This document shows positions 55,476 to 64,000 of a DNA stretch of 64,000 bases, in pieces. The position numbers and the translations under genes are program-made. The notes below the pieces were generated by a model. It did no database searches, had not been told where the DNA came from, and saw only the letters and a program-made list of their open reading frames with translations. The DNA is taken from NCBI GenBank assembly GCA_004293725.1, contig REAW01000013.1, forward strand, positions 1,037-65,036. Reading direction: 5' to 3'. Position 1 is the stretch's first letter. The number at the start of each line of letters is the position of its first letter. Origin of the DNA: Curvibacter sp. Lineage in GTDB: Bacteria > Pseudomonadota > Gammaproteobacteria > Burkholderiales > Burkholderiaceae_C.

Positions 55476-56219
55476 CTATTTCAGGTACTTGCTGCGGATT
55501 TTTTCGAAGGTGCCGTCTTTTTTGATTTCCGCCAGTGCCAGCCTGCACTTGCGCACGATGTCGTCCGAGGTCTTAAGGCTGAACGCCATGTACAAGCCGG
55601 CGGACAAAGACTCCAGTTTGAAGACCTTGACAACACTCTCCGGGTCCAGCCCTTCCCGCTTGTAGAGGGCAACCATCGCCAGTTCGTCGATGGGAAACAT
55701 ATCTATGCGCCGCAAAGCGAGCTTATTGGCATTGGTGCCGTCTGAAACGACCAAGTCCAATGGCACCTGCGCCTTTTCCAGATACTGTGCACGCACATCG
55801 TCGCGCACCGCACCCACACGGTAACGCTGGATATCTGCAACTTGGGCGACTTCGATGTCAGGCCGACTCTTGAGCCGGTACAAATACACGTCGTACGGCG
55901 CAATTGCATCCACCCACTTGAAAAGCGTTTCGCGCTGCTCATTGCGGCCTATGGAGTAGATCAGGACATTGGGGGCGTCTTGTGCAATCTGGTAGGCACG
56001 AGCCCAAGGGTAGATACCCAATGTGTAAGGCAAGTTGGCGCGCTTGAGCACTTCCTGCACTACCTCAGTGGCCATGCCAGAAATCTTCTTGCTGGCGGCA
56101 TCCTGGAAGTTGTAAGGCGGGTACTCTTCCGTGACCACATTCAGTGTCTGGCACCACGAACAGGCACTCGCTGCCACCATCCACCAACCGACGAACCACT
56201 CTCTTGTTGAATGAGGCAT
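55476..56219 (-). CDS. Extracellular solute-binding protein, family 3-like (start uncertain)
   Basis: VTEEYPPYN, YPWARA, R..LFKWV, LYMAFS, DGTFEKI. Confidence 0.82.
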   Translation of the reverse strand: MPHSTREWFVGWWMVAASACSWCQTLNVVTEEYPPYNFQDAASKKISGMATEVVQEVLKRANLPYTLGIYPWARAYQIAQDAPNVLIYSIGRNEQRETLFKWVDAIAPYDVYLYRLKSRPDIEVAQVADIQRYRVGAVRDDVRAQYLEKAQVPLDLVVSDGTNANKLALRRIDMFPIDELAMVALYKREGLDPESVVKVFKLESLSAGLYMAFSLKTSDDIVRKCRLALAEIKKDGTFEKIRSKYLK

Positions 56220-56327
56220 TTCGCGTTCCATTTTTTTGATGGATGCTACCCCCACAATTTGCATTTGTACAGGCAGTGGTTTGCTCCCCTACACCCAGCG
56301 TTGCTTTGGCTACCCATACGGGCGACC

Positions 56328-56456
56328 GGAGCATGGACAACCCGAGTTCCAACGCCATGGCAGGAAGTCACAGGCGGGCTATTGCCCAGACTGCACTGTG
56401 CAGTCAAGGACACTACTGAAGCTCGGGGACTGCCCACCACGGCGGGCTGCCCAGCA
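56328..56456 (+). pseudogene. Fragment of an amidase / allophanate hydrolase N-terminus
   Basis: GGLLPRLHCAVKDTTEARGLPTTAGCPA resembles the GxxFAVKDNIDxxGLPTTAACP amidase start; no further gene body. Confidence 0.5.
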
Positions 56457-56553
56457 ATGGTCCAAAAGATCACGCTGCACCAGATGCACATCGCGCGGCA
56501 AGGCGCCTGAGCGGCAGGCCTCTTTCGGCAGGCTGCGTGACATACTACGCGCC

Positions 56554-57747
56554 ATGCAGTGGAAAATTCACTCTATCTTGCAGGGCAATGGTTTACTGAT
56601 TGCGGCACAGTTGGGCGTCGCGACGGTTGGTTTGGCGTCGCTGCTATGGTTTGGCATGGCTTGGGCTCCGCTGGCGGGAGCGCTGCTTCTATGCCTGCTG
56701 GTTTTGAATGCCGGTTTGGTAGTGCATTTACGGCGCCTCAAGGCCTTGCAAGAGTCTTCGCGGCGCCTGCGCTTGCTGGCCGAGATGAATGTGGAGGTCA
56801 ACCGCGAGATCCTCTTGAACGAGGACATCGAGCTGATTTATCGGACGATTTTGGACTATTTGTTCCGTATCTTTAACAAAGCCAGCGGCGGCTCTGTTCA
56901 GGTTTTGGAAGAAAACGGTTACTTCACCATTGCCGCATGCAGGGGCTTTACAGAAAAATTTGTCAATAAATTCCACTTGAAGCTGGAAGATTGTTTTCTA
57001 TACCAGGCTACCGGCGGCAACATCCAAGAAACCTGCCTATTTAATACCAAAGACTTTCAGCGCATCGCCACCGTTTTCCAGCCTGGTAAATGGGAATTTA
57101 GGTCGGTTATCAACGCGCCACTGTTCATTGGGGACCGCCTGTTTGGCGTATTGAGCCTGGACTCTGCTGTTGCCGATACCTACAACATGGACGACGTCCA
57201 GATCGTGGAGCAATTTCGCCTGCAGATCGAAATTGGCCTGCTGGCGCGCGAGCGCTACACCAACAACATCAAACGCTACCAAGTGGATGCGCTCACTGGC
57301 CTGCTCACACGGCGCTATTTTGAGGACTTGCTCAAGGTCTCGATGGATCGGGCCTTGCGGCAACAGGAGACCTTTGTGCTGGCACTGTTTGACGTAGACG
57401 ACCTTAAAGTGACCAATGACACGCTAGGCCATTTGGCTGGAGACCAAACACTCCTGGCCATCGCCAATGCCTTGCGCGACTCTTGCCGCTCCTCGGACAT
57501 CATGGGCCGGCTGGGGGGCGACGAGTTTATTGCGTGCTACCACCTCAGCGAGATGGGCGCGATGCATAAAAACATTGCCGAGATTCGCACCCGGCTTCTC
57601 ACCCAACCCACGTGGCTGGGCGATCGGGAAGGCACGCTCTCCTTCAGCTACGGGTTGGCCACCTTCCCACAAGACGGGACCACCCAGGACGCCCTGATTG
57701 CCGTTGCGGACCAACGCCTTTACGCCATGAAGAACTCCACCCCTTAA
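56554..57747 (+). CDS. Membrane-anchored GAF-GGDEF diguanylate cyclase
   Basis: Two TM segments, GAF (APLFIGDRLFGVLSLD), DALTGL, NDTLGHLAGD, RLGGDEF. Confidence 0.92.
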   Translation: MQWKIHSILQGNGLLIAAQLGVATVGLASLLWFGMAWAPLAGALLLCLLVLNAGLVVHLRRLKALQESSRRLRLLAEMNVEVNREILLNEDIELIYRTILDYLFRIFNKASGGSVQVLEENGYFTIAACRGFTEKFVNKFHLKLEDCFLYQATGGNIQETCLFNTKDFQRIATVFQPGKWEFRSVINAPLFIGDRLFGVLSLDSAVADTYNMDDVQIVEQFRLQIEIGLLARERYTNNIKRYQVDALTGLLTRRYFEDLLKVSMDRALRQQETFVLALFDVDDLKVTNDTLGHLAGDQTLLAIANALRDSCRSSDIMGRLGGDEFIACYHLSEMGAMHKNIAEIRTRLLTQPTWLGDREGTLSFSYGLATFPQDGTTQDALIAVADQRLYAMKNSTP

Positions 57748-57757
57748 CCATTGCGCC

Positions 57758-58462
57758 ATGAAAAAAGCCCTCATCACCATCGTCACCCTCATCCTGTTGC
57801 TCATCGTCGGCAGCGCTTTCTGGTTGCGGGGCAATCTGGACGGCCTGGTGCAGTCCGCCATGGCCAAATACGGCAGCGCAATGACCGGGGCCACAGTCAA
57901 GGTGGCAGGGGTCAACATCAAAACGACTGATGGACAAGGCACCCTCACCGGGCTTTTGGTAGGCAATCCAGCGGGCTTTAAGACGCCCTTTGCGGTGAAG
58001 GTGGACACCATTGAACTGGAGGTAGATGTCGCTTCACTGACCAAGGAGGTTGTGTTGGTCAAAAAAATTGCCGTCGTCGCACCGGAGGTGATTTACGAAA
58101 AGGGCGATGCGATGACGAACTTTGACGCCATCCAGGCCAACATCGCCACCTATCTGGGTCCCAGCACCAATAGCGGCCCTGGCAAAAAACTGATCGTGCA
58201 AGAGCTCACCATTCGTAGCGCCAAGGCCCAAGCCAGTGCAGCCTTTATGGACGGCAAAACCGTCAGCGTGCCCTTGCCCGATATCACGTTGCGCGACCTG
58301 GGCAAGGCCAAGGGCGGCATCACCCCCGGAGAACTGGGCCTGGAAATCACCAACGCGCTGGAGAAGCGCCTGACCAGCGCCGTGAGCTTTGACAAGCTCT
58401 TGAATTCCATGGGCAATGCGCTGGACAAGGCAGGCGATGCGATCAAAGGCATTTTTAAGTAA
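57758..58462 (+). CDS. AsmA-like/DUF748-like protein
   Basis: N-terminal anchor, NPAGF, beta-rich body, PLPDITLRDLGK. Confidence 0.6.
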   Translation: MKKALITIVTLILLLIVGSAFWLRGNLDGLVQSAMAKYGSAMTGATVKVAGVNIKTTDGQGTLTGLLVGNPAGFKTPFAVKVDTIELEVDVASLTKEVVLVKKIAVVAPEVIYEKGDAMTNFDAIQANIATYLGPSTNSGPGKKLIVQELTIRSAKAQASAAFMDGKTVSVPLPDITLRDLGKAKGGITPGELGLEITNALEKRLTSAVSFDKLLNSMGNALDKAGDAIKGIFK

Positions 58463-58516
58463 ATTTGGCCTTTAACGCTTATGGCTATTGCGCATATAGC
58501 TACATAATTGATAGCA
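58453..58516 (-). repeat. Dispersed ~60-bp element, copy 8 (overlaps stop of AsmA-like gene)
   Basis: Reverse complement TGCTAT-CAATTAT-GTAGCTA-TAT-GCGCA-ATAGCCATAAGC-GTT. Confidence 0.82.
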
Positions 58517-58797
58517 ATAAGTGATACATACGGCAGCGCAATTAGCGCGCACATCAAAGCTGCCATTGCCCAGGCCACCCCCAGAGCCGCCAGCCCCGGC
58601 CGGCTCGGGCGCATCCAAACAGTGAGAGCCTTCCAGCCAATACAACCACCCGTTCCAATGCAAGTAGGCCAACGGCGTTTGCGTGTGGTATCGAACAGAT
58701 TCCGCTGAAATTGGCACTCTGAATGAAGGTCAGTAATTGAGAGAATCTTCGACCCGCAATGCAGCGTTTCCAGTCGGTCTCCAACAGCCGGTTAGTG

Positions 58798-58909
58798 GAA
58801 GTCCAGCGTGTCGCCAGTTAGCGGTCATTCGTGACCTTCGCGTTTGCCGCGATGGCGGGTGCTCGTTGAACTCGACGGAAGGTCAAGTCTGGGCCAGTTG
58901 CAGTCACTC
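58798..58909. repeat. Left cluster of degenerate ~32-bp palindromic units
   Basis: GAAGTCCAGC-N13-GCGGTCATTC and GAAGGTCAAG-N12-GCAGTCACTC. Confidence 0.4.
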
Positions 58910-59115
58910 AACAACGTCTGGTTCGAGGGCATAGATAGGGAGCCATTACCGCAGTCGGCATCCTAAAGATGCGATAACGCCAATCCCAAATGCGAATCAA
59001 AGACTGGATAAGGTCGTATAACTGTTTTCCCATCCGAGTGGTTATCAGTTTGAAGCCCCTCCGAGGTTTGCTCGAAACGCCAAAAAACAAGAATTTGCGA
59101 AATCTTTTTTTGAGC

Positions 59116-59144
59116 TTGTCGATTGATGCTCTTCTCGGGCATCT
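59116..59144 (+). promoter_or_regulatory. ECF42-type promoter upstream of azoR
   Basis: TGTCGA-N17-CATC; matches 59890-59918 at TTGTCGATTGATG and TCGGGCATCT. Confidence 0.7.
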
Positions 59145-59203
59145 CTAGCTAGGTCATGCAATTCCGCATCGACTTCAAACGATAAGCACCCGAAAGGTTT
59201 CCT

Positions 59204-59821
59204 ATGGCTTCAACCACCCTTGTAATCAAAAGCAGCCCCTCCGGCGAACGCAGTGTGTCGCGCCTGCTTCTGGACGACCTCTTGAGACAACGCTCTACAA
59301 CTCATCCAGGCGAGCATGTCGTAACTCGTGACCTCGTAGCCATGGGAGCGGCACTGCCTCACGTCGACAGCGTGTTCGCACAGGCCATATTTATCCCACC
59401 TTCCGAACGTTCTGCTGAACAACAGCGCGGTCTAAAGCTCTCGGACGAGCTCGCCGACGAGTTGTTGGCCGCCCAAACGATCATCATTGCGACCCCCATG
59501 TACAACCGAACAGTCCCTTCTTCCCTGAAGGCCTGGATCGATCACATCGTGCGCCCCGGGCTAACCTTTACTTACGACGAAGAGGGGCGCAAAGGGTTGC
59601 TGGCCGGCAAAAAAGCCATCCTCTTGTGCGCGACAGGTGGCGTGTATTCGACAGGAGCTGGGACTGCCGAGGACTTTCTTGTTCCCTATCTGCAATGTAT
59701 CCTTGAGTTCATGGGCATCACGGACGTAGAGGTGTACCGGGCTGAAGGGTTGGTTCAAGACTATGAAGGCGCCGTGAAGAACGCGAGGGGAATCCTTGCT
59801 GCTGCGAATGGAAAAGCCTGA
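59204..59821 (+). CDS. azoR: FMN-dependent NADH-azoreductase
   Basis: SSP..S.SR, PMYN, LKAWIDHI, TF.Y, TGGVY. Confidence 0.9.
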   Translation: MASTTLVIKSSPSGERSVSRLLLDDLLRQRSTTHPGEHVVTRDLVAMGAALPHVDSVFAQAIFIPPSERSAEQQRGLKLSDELADELLAAQTIIIATPMYNRTVPSSLKAWIDHIVRPGLTFTYDEEGRKGLLAGKKAILLCATGGVYSTGAGTAEDFLVPYLQCILEFMGITDVEVYRAEGLVQDYEGAVKNARGILAAANGKA

Positions 59822-59889
59822 AGTTCAACATCTGAATCAGCGTGTTCCCCAGGATCCAAGTTAAAGAAACTGACAAAATGTTTTCCTGT

Positions 59890-59918
59890 TTGTCGATTGA
59901 TGTCTATGTCGGGCATCT
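59890..59918 (+). promoter_or_regulatory. ECF42-type promoter upstream of yciI-ecf
   Basis: TGTCGA-N17-CATC, repeat of 59116-59144. Confidence 0.72.
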
Positions 59919-60009
59919 ACTGTCAGGTCCAGCAATTTCGCGTGACCACATTAAAGGAAGCTAGTGCTTCCACGAACCCTTTTTCAATCTCATAGTTCCA
60001 GGAGAAATC

Positions 60010-60372
60010 ATGCAATACATGCTCGTTTACAAAGAAACAACCGCAGACCATGAACAACGCGCCAATCCGGCTACAGCGCCGGCCTATTGGGGTGCTTGGA
60101 ATGCCTACATGGGAGCAATGGCGCAATCTGGCATCATGGTGCAAGGTAACGTCTTACAACCCCCAGAGAACGGTACTCAAGTGCAAATCCGCAATGGCAA
60201 GCGTGTTTTTCACGACGGCCCGTATGCCGATACCAAAGAGCATCTTGGCGGGTATGTTGTCATTGAAGTAGCGAGTCTAGATGATGCACTCGAATGGGCC
60301 GCACGCAGTCCTTGCGCTGCAACAGGAACGACAGAAGTGCGGCCTGTGCTCGTGATGGACCGCAAGCAATAA
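60010..60372 (+). CDS. YciI/DGPF family protein
   Basis: DGPYADTKEHLGGY, ALEWA, EVRP. Confidence 0.92.
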   Translation: MQYMLVYKETTADHEQRANPATAPAYWGAWNAYMGAMAQSGIMVQGNVLQPPENGTQVQIRNGKRVFHDGPYADTKEHLGGYVVIEVASLDDALEWAARSPCAATGTTEVRPVLVMDRKQ

Positions 60373-60375
60373 GCG

Positions 60376-61617
60376 GTGAAAGAACTGGATTCATCGCATC
60401 GCGCCGCGGAGGCCGCCGCTCGGGAATCTTATGGGCGGCTGGTTTCCTACCTGGCCTGGCAATGGCGGGACATTGCCGCCGCCCAGGATGCGATGGGGGA
60501 TGCATTGCTCAAGGCGCTGGAGATATGGCCGGTTTCTGGCATTCCGGATTCCCCCGATGCTTGGCTACTATCTGTCGCCAAGCGAGAGCTTCTTCAAGTG
60601 GCCAGACACAACAAGGTTCGATCGGATCCTGCAGTTTCTGCGGTGCTGGCCCAGGAGACGCTGGTAGAAGATGTGCCGTCCATTCCCGATGCGCGGCTCA
60701 AACTCATGTTCGTCTGTGCCCACCCCGCCATTGACGAAAGGATCCGCATTCCCCTGATGCTGCAAACTGTTTTGGGCTTGCAAGTAGCGGAAATGGCGCC
60801 CGCACTGATGCTCACGCCGACAACTCTCGCTCAACGGCTGGTGCGAGCCAAGCAAAAAATCCGAGATACGGGCATCCGGTTTGAGGAACCTGAGTTGCGT
60901 GAAATCCCCGGACGACTGGCGTTTGTCCTGGAGAGTATTTACGGGGCTTTCGGTCTTAGTATGGACGCTGTCGACGGCGCCGAATCACGCATTACAGATT
61001 TGCAGGAAGAAGCCCTTTATCTCTGTGACATTGTCTGTCACCTACTACCTGAAGATCCAGAGGCGCTTGGTTTGTCGGCACTGATGAGATTCATTCATGC
61101 GCGGCGCAATGCCCAAATTGACGATTCAGGGAAGTTTGTTCCCTTGGCAGAGCAAGACGCACTACTTTGGGACCGAGATGCAATCGTCAGCGCAGATCAA
61201 ACTCTTTGGAAAGCAGCGCAGCAGCGCCGACCTGGCCCGTTCCAGCTTGAGGCTGCAATCCAATCTGCGCACTGCCATCGTTTGTTCACTGGCATAACTC
61301 CGTGGAATGGGATTGCCGCACTTTACGCGCAGATCAACAGCTACTTTCCAACGCAAGGCTCACTGGTAGCGGGGGCGGTAGCAATTACCGAAGCTGGCGA
61401 TTTGCGGGCAGGGCTTCGTCAGCTTGAAGCAATGGAACAGTCGCTGGTAAAGTCATTTCAGCCGTGGTGGGTTGCCAAAGGCTACTTGCTTAGCAAAGGT
61501 AATGCCCGCGACAGGCAAGAAGCCGACAAGGCGTTTCAGATCGCAATAGGTCTAACGATGCAGAGCAGACTGAGAGCGCATTTGCAGTTGTTGCGTGAAG
61601 GTCTGAAAGATAACTAG
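60376..61617 (+). CDS. ECF sigma factor with C-terminal extension (ECF42-like)
   Basis: YGRLV, WP..GIPD.P.AWL, DARLKLMFVCAHPAI, QRLVRAK, EQD..LW, GPFQLEAAI..H; directly downstream of a DGPF gene. Confidence 0.88.
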   Translation: MKELDSSHRAAEAAARESYGRLVSYLAWQWRDIAAAQDAMGDALLKALEIWPVSGIPDSPDAWLLSVAKRELLQVARHNKVRSDPAVSAVLAQETLVEDVPSIPDARLKLMFVCAHPAIDERIRIPLMLQTVLGLQVAEMAPALMLTPTTLAQRLVRAKQKIRDTGIRFEEPELREIPGRLAFVLESIYGAFGLSMDAVDGAESRITDLQEEALYLCDIVCHLLPEDPEALGLSALMRFIHARRNAQIDDSGKFVPLAEQDALLWDRDAIVSADQTLWKAAQQRRPGPFQLEAAIQSAHCHRLFTGITPWNGIAALYAQINSYFPTQGSLVAGAVAITEAGDLRAGLRQLEAMEQSLVKSFQPWWVAKGYLLSKGNARDRQEADKAFQIAIGLTMQSRLRAHLQLLREGLKDN

Positions 61618-61644
61618 TATGTCCGCATTCCAAAGACTTCCGAC

Positions 61645-61756
61645 GAATGACCGCTTCGGCGCATTCCAACCGAGACATTCAGCTACTGCCTTGTCTCGAG
61701 AACAGCCAGTCAAGGCGGCGACCCGAAAGTCAAGTTCCAGCCCATGGCGAGTGCTC
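61645..61756. repeat. Right cluster of degenerate palindromic units
   Basis: GAATGACCGC-N16-CGAGACATTC and GAAAGTCAAG-N12-GCGAGTGCTC. Confidence 0.4.
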
Positions 61757-62045
61757 GCCTTGACGAAGTGCTTGCCTCAAAGCTACCCGTTGATCCCCTG
61801 TTGCCACCGACCGCTGTGGAGCAGGCAGATCGCAAACGGGTAGACCTGCTATGTGCCTGCAAGAGCAGGTCACGGGTATGCCTCAGCTAGCTACTTTGAA
61901 TGTTCTTGTCGCCGAATAACCTTGACGATCTTCAACCGGCAGGGTTGGATTGGAACGCTGACAAAAAATGCAATAGAACAGGTGGCTGAATTGACTGGAA
62001 GACGCATATAGTGCCCAGCAAACAAGCTGCATTCATACCGGCCGG

Positions 62046-62942
62046 CTAAAGCAGCGCACGCCCTGCCGCGTTCACCACACTGTGGGTCAGCCGCTCCAGT
62101 GCGGGCAAGGGTTGTTGGGCCACCTGCCAATACAGCGGCACATCCAGCCCGCGGCCCGGCACCAACTCCACCAGGCGGCGCTTGTCCAGGTGCTCTTGCA
62201 CCGAGAGCAGCGGATTCATGCCCCAGCCCACATCGGCCAGCGCCGCATCCACAAACGCCTGCGACGATGGCAGCCGATGCGCAGGCAGCGCCACATCGCG
62301 ACGTAGTTGTCGCCGCACCCAGCGCTCCTGAAGCCGGTCGTTGCGGTCAAACACAATGCTGGGCGCGCGGGCCAGCGACTCTGCATTCACACCGTTTGCA
62401 AAGTGCTGCAACATGAAGGCTGGTGACGCCGTAGCGCAATAGCGCAAAGTACCCAGTTTGCGCACCTTGCAGCCCTGCACCGCTTTGGCATGCGAAGTCA
62501 CCGCCGCCAACACATGACCGCGCCGCAACCATTCATTGGTTTGGTCTTGGTCATCCACGGATACATCCAGCATCACCTTGCTTTGGGCGCAGAAGTCGCG
62601 CATGGCTGTCACAAACCAGGTGCTCAGGCTGTCAGCGTTGATGGCGATGCGGATGGTGGTGTGCAGCGCTTGTGCGTCCTCCGGGGCCAGGGCCGGCAGG
62701 TCGCGCCGCAGGTCGTGCTCCAGCATGGCCACTGAATCCGCATGGCGGCAGATGCGCGCGCCGGCCTCTGTGGCGGTGCAAGGTTGCCCGCGCACGATCA
62801 GCACGGCACCCACCCGCTCCTCGGTTTGGCGAATTCGCTGCGATACGGCGGAAGGCGTGATGTGCAGCACCCGCGCGGCACGTTCGAAGCTGCCTTCGCG
62901 CACGACTGCAGCCACGGTGGCAAGTAAGCTGGATTCCAACAT
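62046..62942 (-). CDS. argP: LysR-family regulator ArgP/LysG
   Basis: GSFERAA..L.ITPSAVSQRI, NADSLSTWF, VPLYWQ. Confidence 0.92.
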   Translation of the reverse strand: MLESSLLATVAAVVREGSFERAARVLHITPSAVSQRIRQTEERVGAVLIVRGQPCTATEAGARICRHADSVAMLEHDLRRDLPALAPEDAQALHTTIRIAINADSLSTWFVTAMRDFCAQSKVMLDVSVDDQDQTNEWLRRGHVLAAVTSHAKAVQGCKVRKLGTLRYCATASPAFMLQHFANGVNAESLARAPSIVFDRNDRLQERWVRRQLRRDVALPAHRLPSSQAFVDAALADVGWGMNPLLSVQEHLDKRRLVELVPGRGLDVPLYWQVAQQPLPALERLTHSVVNAAGRALL

Positions 62943-62955
62943 GGAGGCTTAGTAG

Positions 62956-62968
62956 TAAGTTTTACTTA
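62956..62968. promoter_or_regulatory. LysR T-N11-A operator between argP and argO
   Basis: TAAGT-TTT-ACTTA palindrome in the divergent promoter region. Confidence 0.6.
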
Positions 62969-63024
62969 TCCAAGAGTAGCATTTTTCATGTCGTTTTTTA
63001 AATGTTGAACGGATACTTGCCACC

Positions 63025-63681
63025 ATGCAAGACACCTCTTCACTCTTCGCCGCTCTCAACGCCGGCCTGCCCAGCATCATGACCGGGCTCACACTGAGCC
63101 TTTCGCTCATCGTGGCCATTGGCGCGCAAAACACCTTTGTATTGCGCCAAGGGCTGCGGCGTGAGCATGTGGCCGCCGTGGTAGCCGTGTGTGCGCTACT
63201 GGACATGGGCCTGATGACGCTGGGGGTAAGTGGCTTGGCCGCCACCCTGGGTGACTATCCCCGGGCTTTGAACGCCCTGGGCCTGGCGGGCGCCGCTGTC
63301 GTGGGTTGGTACGGCCTCTCTGCGCTTCGTAGGGCATTTGCCCCCCACGCCATGCAGGCCCAGTTGCAAGGCGAACCGCAGCCCCTGGGCAAAACGGTGC
63401 TGCACACCCTGGGCATTAGTCTGTTGAACCCCCATGTGTATCTGGACACGGTAGTGTTGGTGGGCGCCGTGGGTGCCAAGCAGCCAGAAGGTACGCAAGG
63501 CTGGTTTCTGGTGGGTGCTGGTGGCGCCAGCTTGCTGTGGTTTATAGCCCTGGGGTTCGGTGCCCGCTTGCTCAGCCCTGTGTTTGCGCGACCGTCGGCA
63601 TGGCGGGTACTGGACTTGCTGGTTGCGGCCATGATGGGCCACATTGCCTACCGCTTGTGGGCCCAGTCGACGGTTTTTTAG
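63025..63681 (+). CDS. argO: LysE/ArgO family amino acid exporter
   Basis: AIGAQNTFVLRQG, LNPHVYLDT; divergent from argP. Confidence 0.9.
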   Translation: MQDTSSLFAALNAGLPSIMTGLTLSLSLIVAIGAQNTFVLRQGLRREHVAAVVAVCALLDMGLMTLGVSGLAATLGDYPRALNALGLAGAAVVGWYGLSALRRAFAPHAMQAQLQGEPQPLGKTVLHTLGISLLNPHVYLDTVVLVGAVGAKQPEGTQGWFLVGAGGASLLWFIALGFGARLLSPVFARPSAWRVLDLLVAAMMGHIAYRLWAQSTVF

Positions 63682-64000
63682 ACCTGCACGTGGTTGATGG
63701 AACCGCCGTCCACATACCAATTCGCACCCGCCACAAAGCTGGCGGCCGGGCTCGAGAGGAAGACGACGACCCGCGCAATTTCTTCGGGTGTGGCCAAGCG
63801 CCCCAAAGGATTTCTGGCCACTACCTTGGCGTAGGCGTCCGGGTCATTGATGCGCACTTTGTCCCAGAGGCCGTTTTCTGCCAGCGTGTCACCGGGAGAA
63901 ACCGTGTTCACGCGCACCGCCGGCAGCAATCGGGCAGAAAGTGACTTCATATAGTGGGCCATGGCTGCCTTGGCTGCGCCGTAGGCCGGTGACCCGGGGG
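63678..64000 (-). CDS. SDR oxidoreductase, 3' part (truncated by the window edge)
   Basis: YGAAK, VRVNTVSPG, PLGRL.TPEE, VDGG. Confidence 0.88.
   Translation of the reverse strand, partial: PGSPAYGAAKAAMAHYMKSLSARLLPAVRVNTVSPGDTLAENGLWDKVRINDPDAYAKVVARNPLGRLATPEEIARVVVFLSSPAASFVAGANWYVDGGSINHVQV

Noticed and set aside
56236-56553. 106-aa Cys-rich N-terminal extension of the GGDEF ORF
   Set aside because: Most likely an open frame through intergenic DNA; the TM-bearing protein starts sensibly at ATG 56554.
58150-58717. Hydrophobic minus-strand ORFs after the AsmA-like gene
   Set aside because: They run through repeat copy 8 and antisense into a real gene. A membrane-protein remnant is possible but I cannot support it.
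61891-62007. 38-aa ORF MRLPVNS... as a type I toxin
   Set aside because: No convincing TM helix, SD or family similarity.

Overview
A mostly core-genome window from a GC-rich betaproteobacterium; gene content and order point to Comamonadaceae, possibly Rhodoferax-like (inference). Main blocks in order: ftsH-rlmE/yhbY; greA-carB-leuE-carA; the rpsB-tsf-pyrH-frr-uppS-cdsA-dxr-rseP-bamA-skp-lpxD-fabZ-lpxA-lpxB-rnhB-trmH cluster; dadA-like/HDOD/MBL/nnr; rnr; tRNA-Leu(CAG); rimO; phaR; tRNA-Val(GAC); acyl-CoA/ETF genes with LiuR- and FadP-like operators; yeaG-yeaH-spoVR; plsC; a glycine/serine catabolic cluster with two tandem glycine riboswitches (gcvTHP, dadA-sdaA); and an accessory tail (GST, periplasmic binding proteins, GGDEF, azoR-yciI-ECF42-like island, argP/argO). 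The most unusual signal is a ~60-bp dispersed element, consensus YRCTAY-N7-RTAGCTG-N3-GCGCA-N12-GYY. It occurs 8 times and aligns without gaps. Six copies lie in frame inside unrelated genes (including lpxB, gcvT, gcvP) and two overlap stop codons. The second signal is a small island with a duplicated ECF42-type promoter, flanked by clusters of degenerate palindromic units. All calls were made by eye, without database searches.
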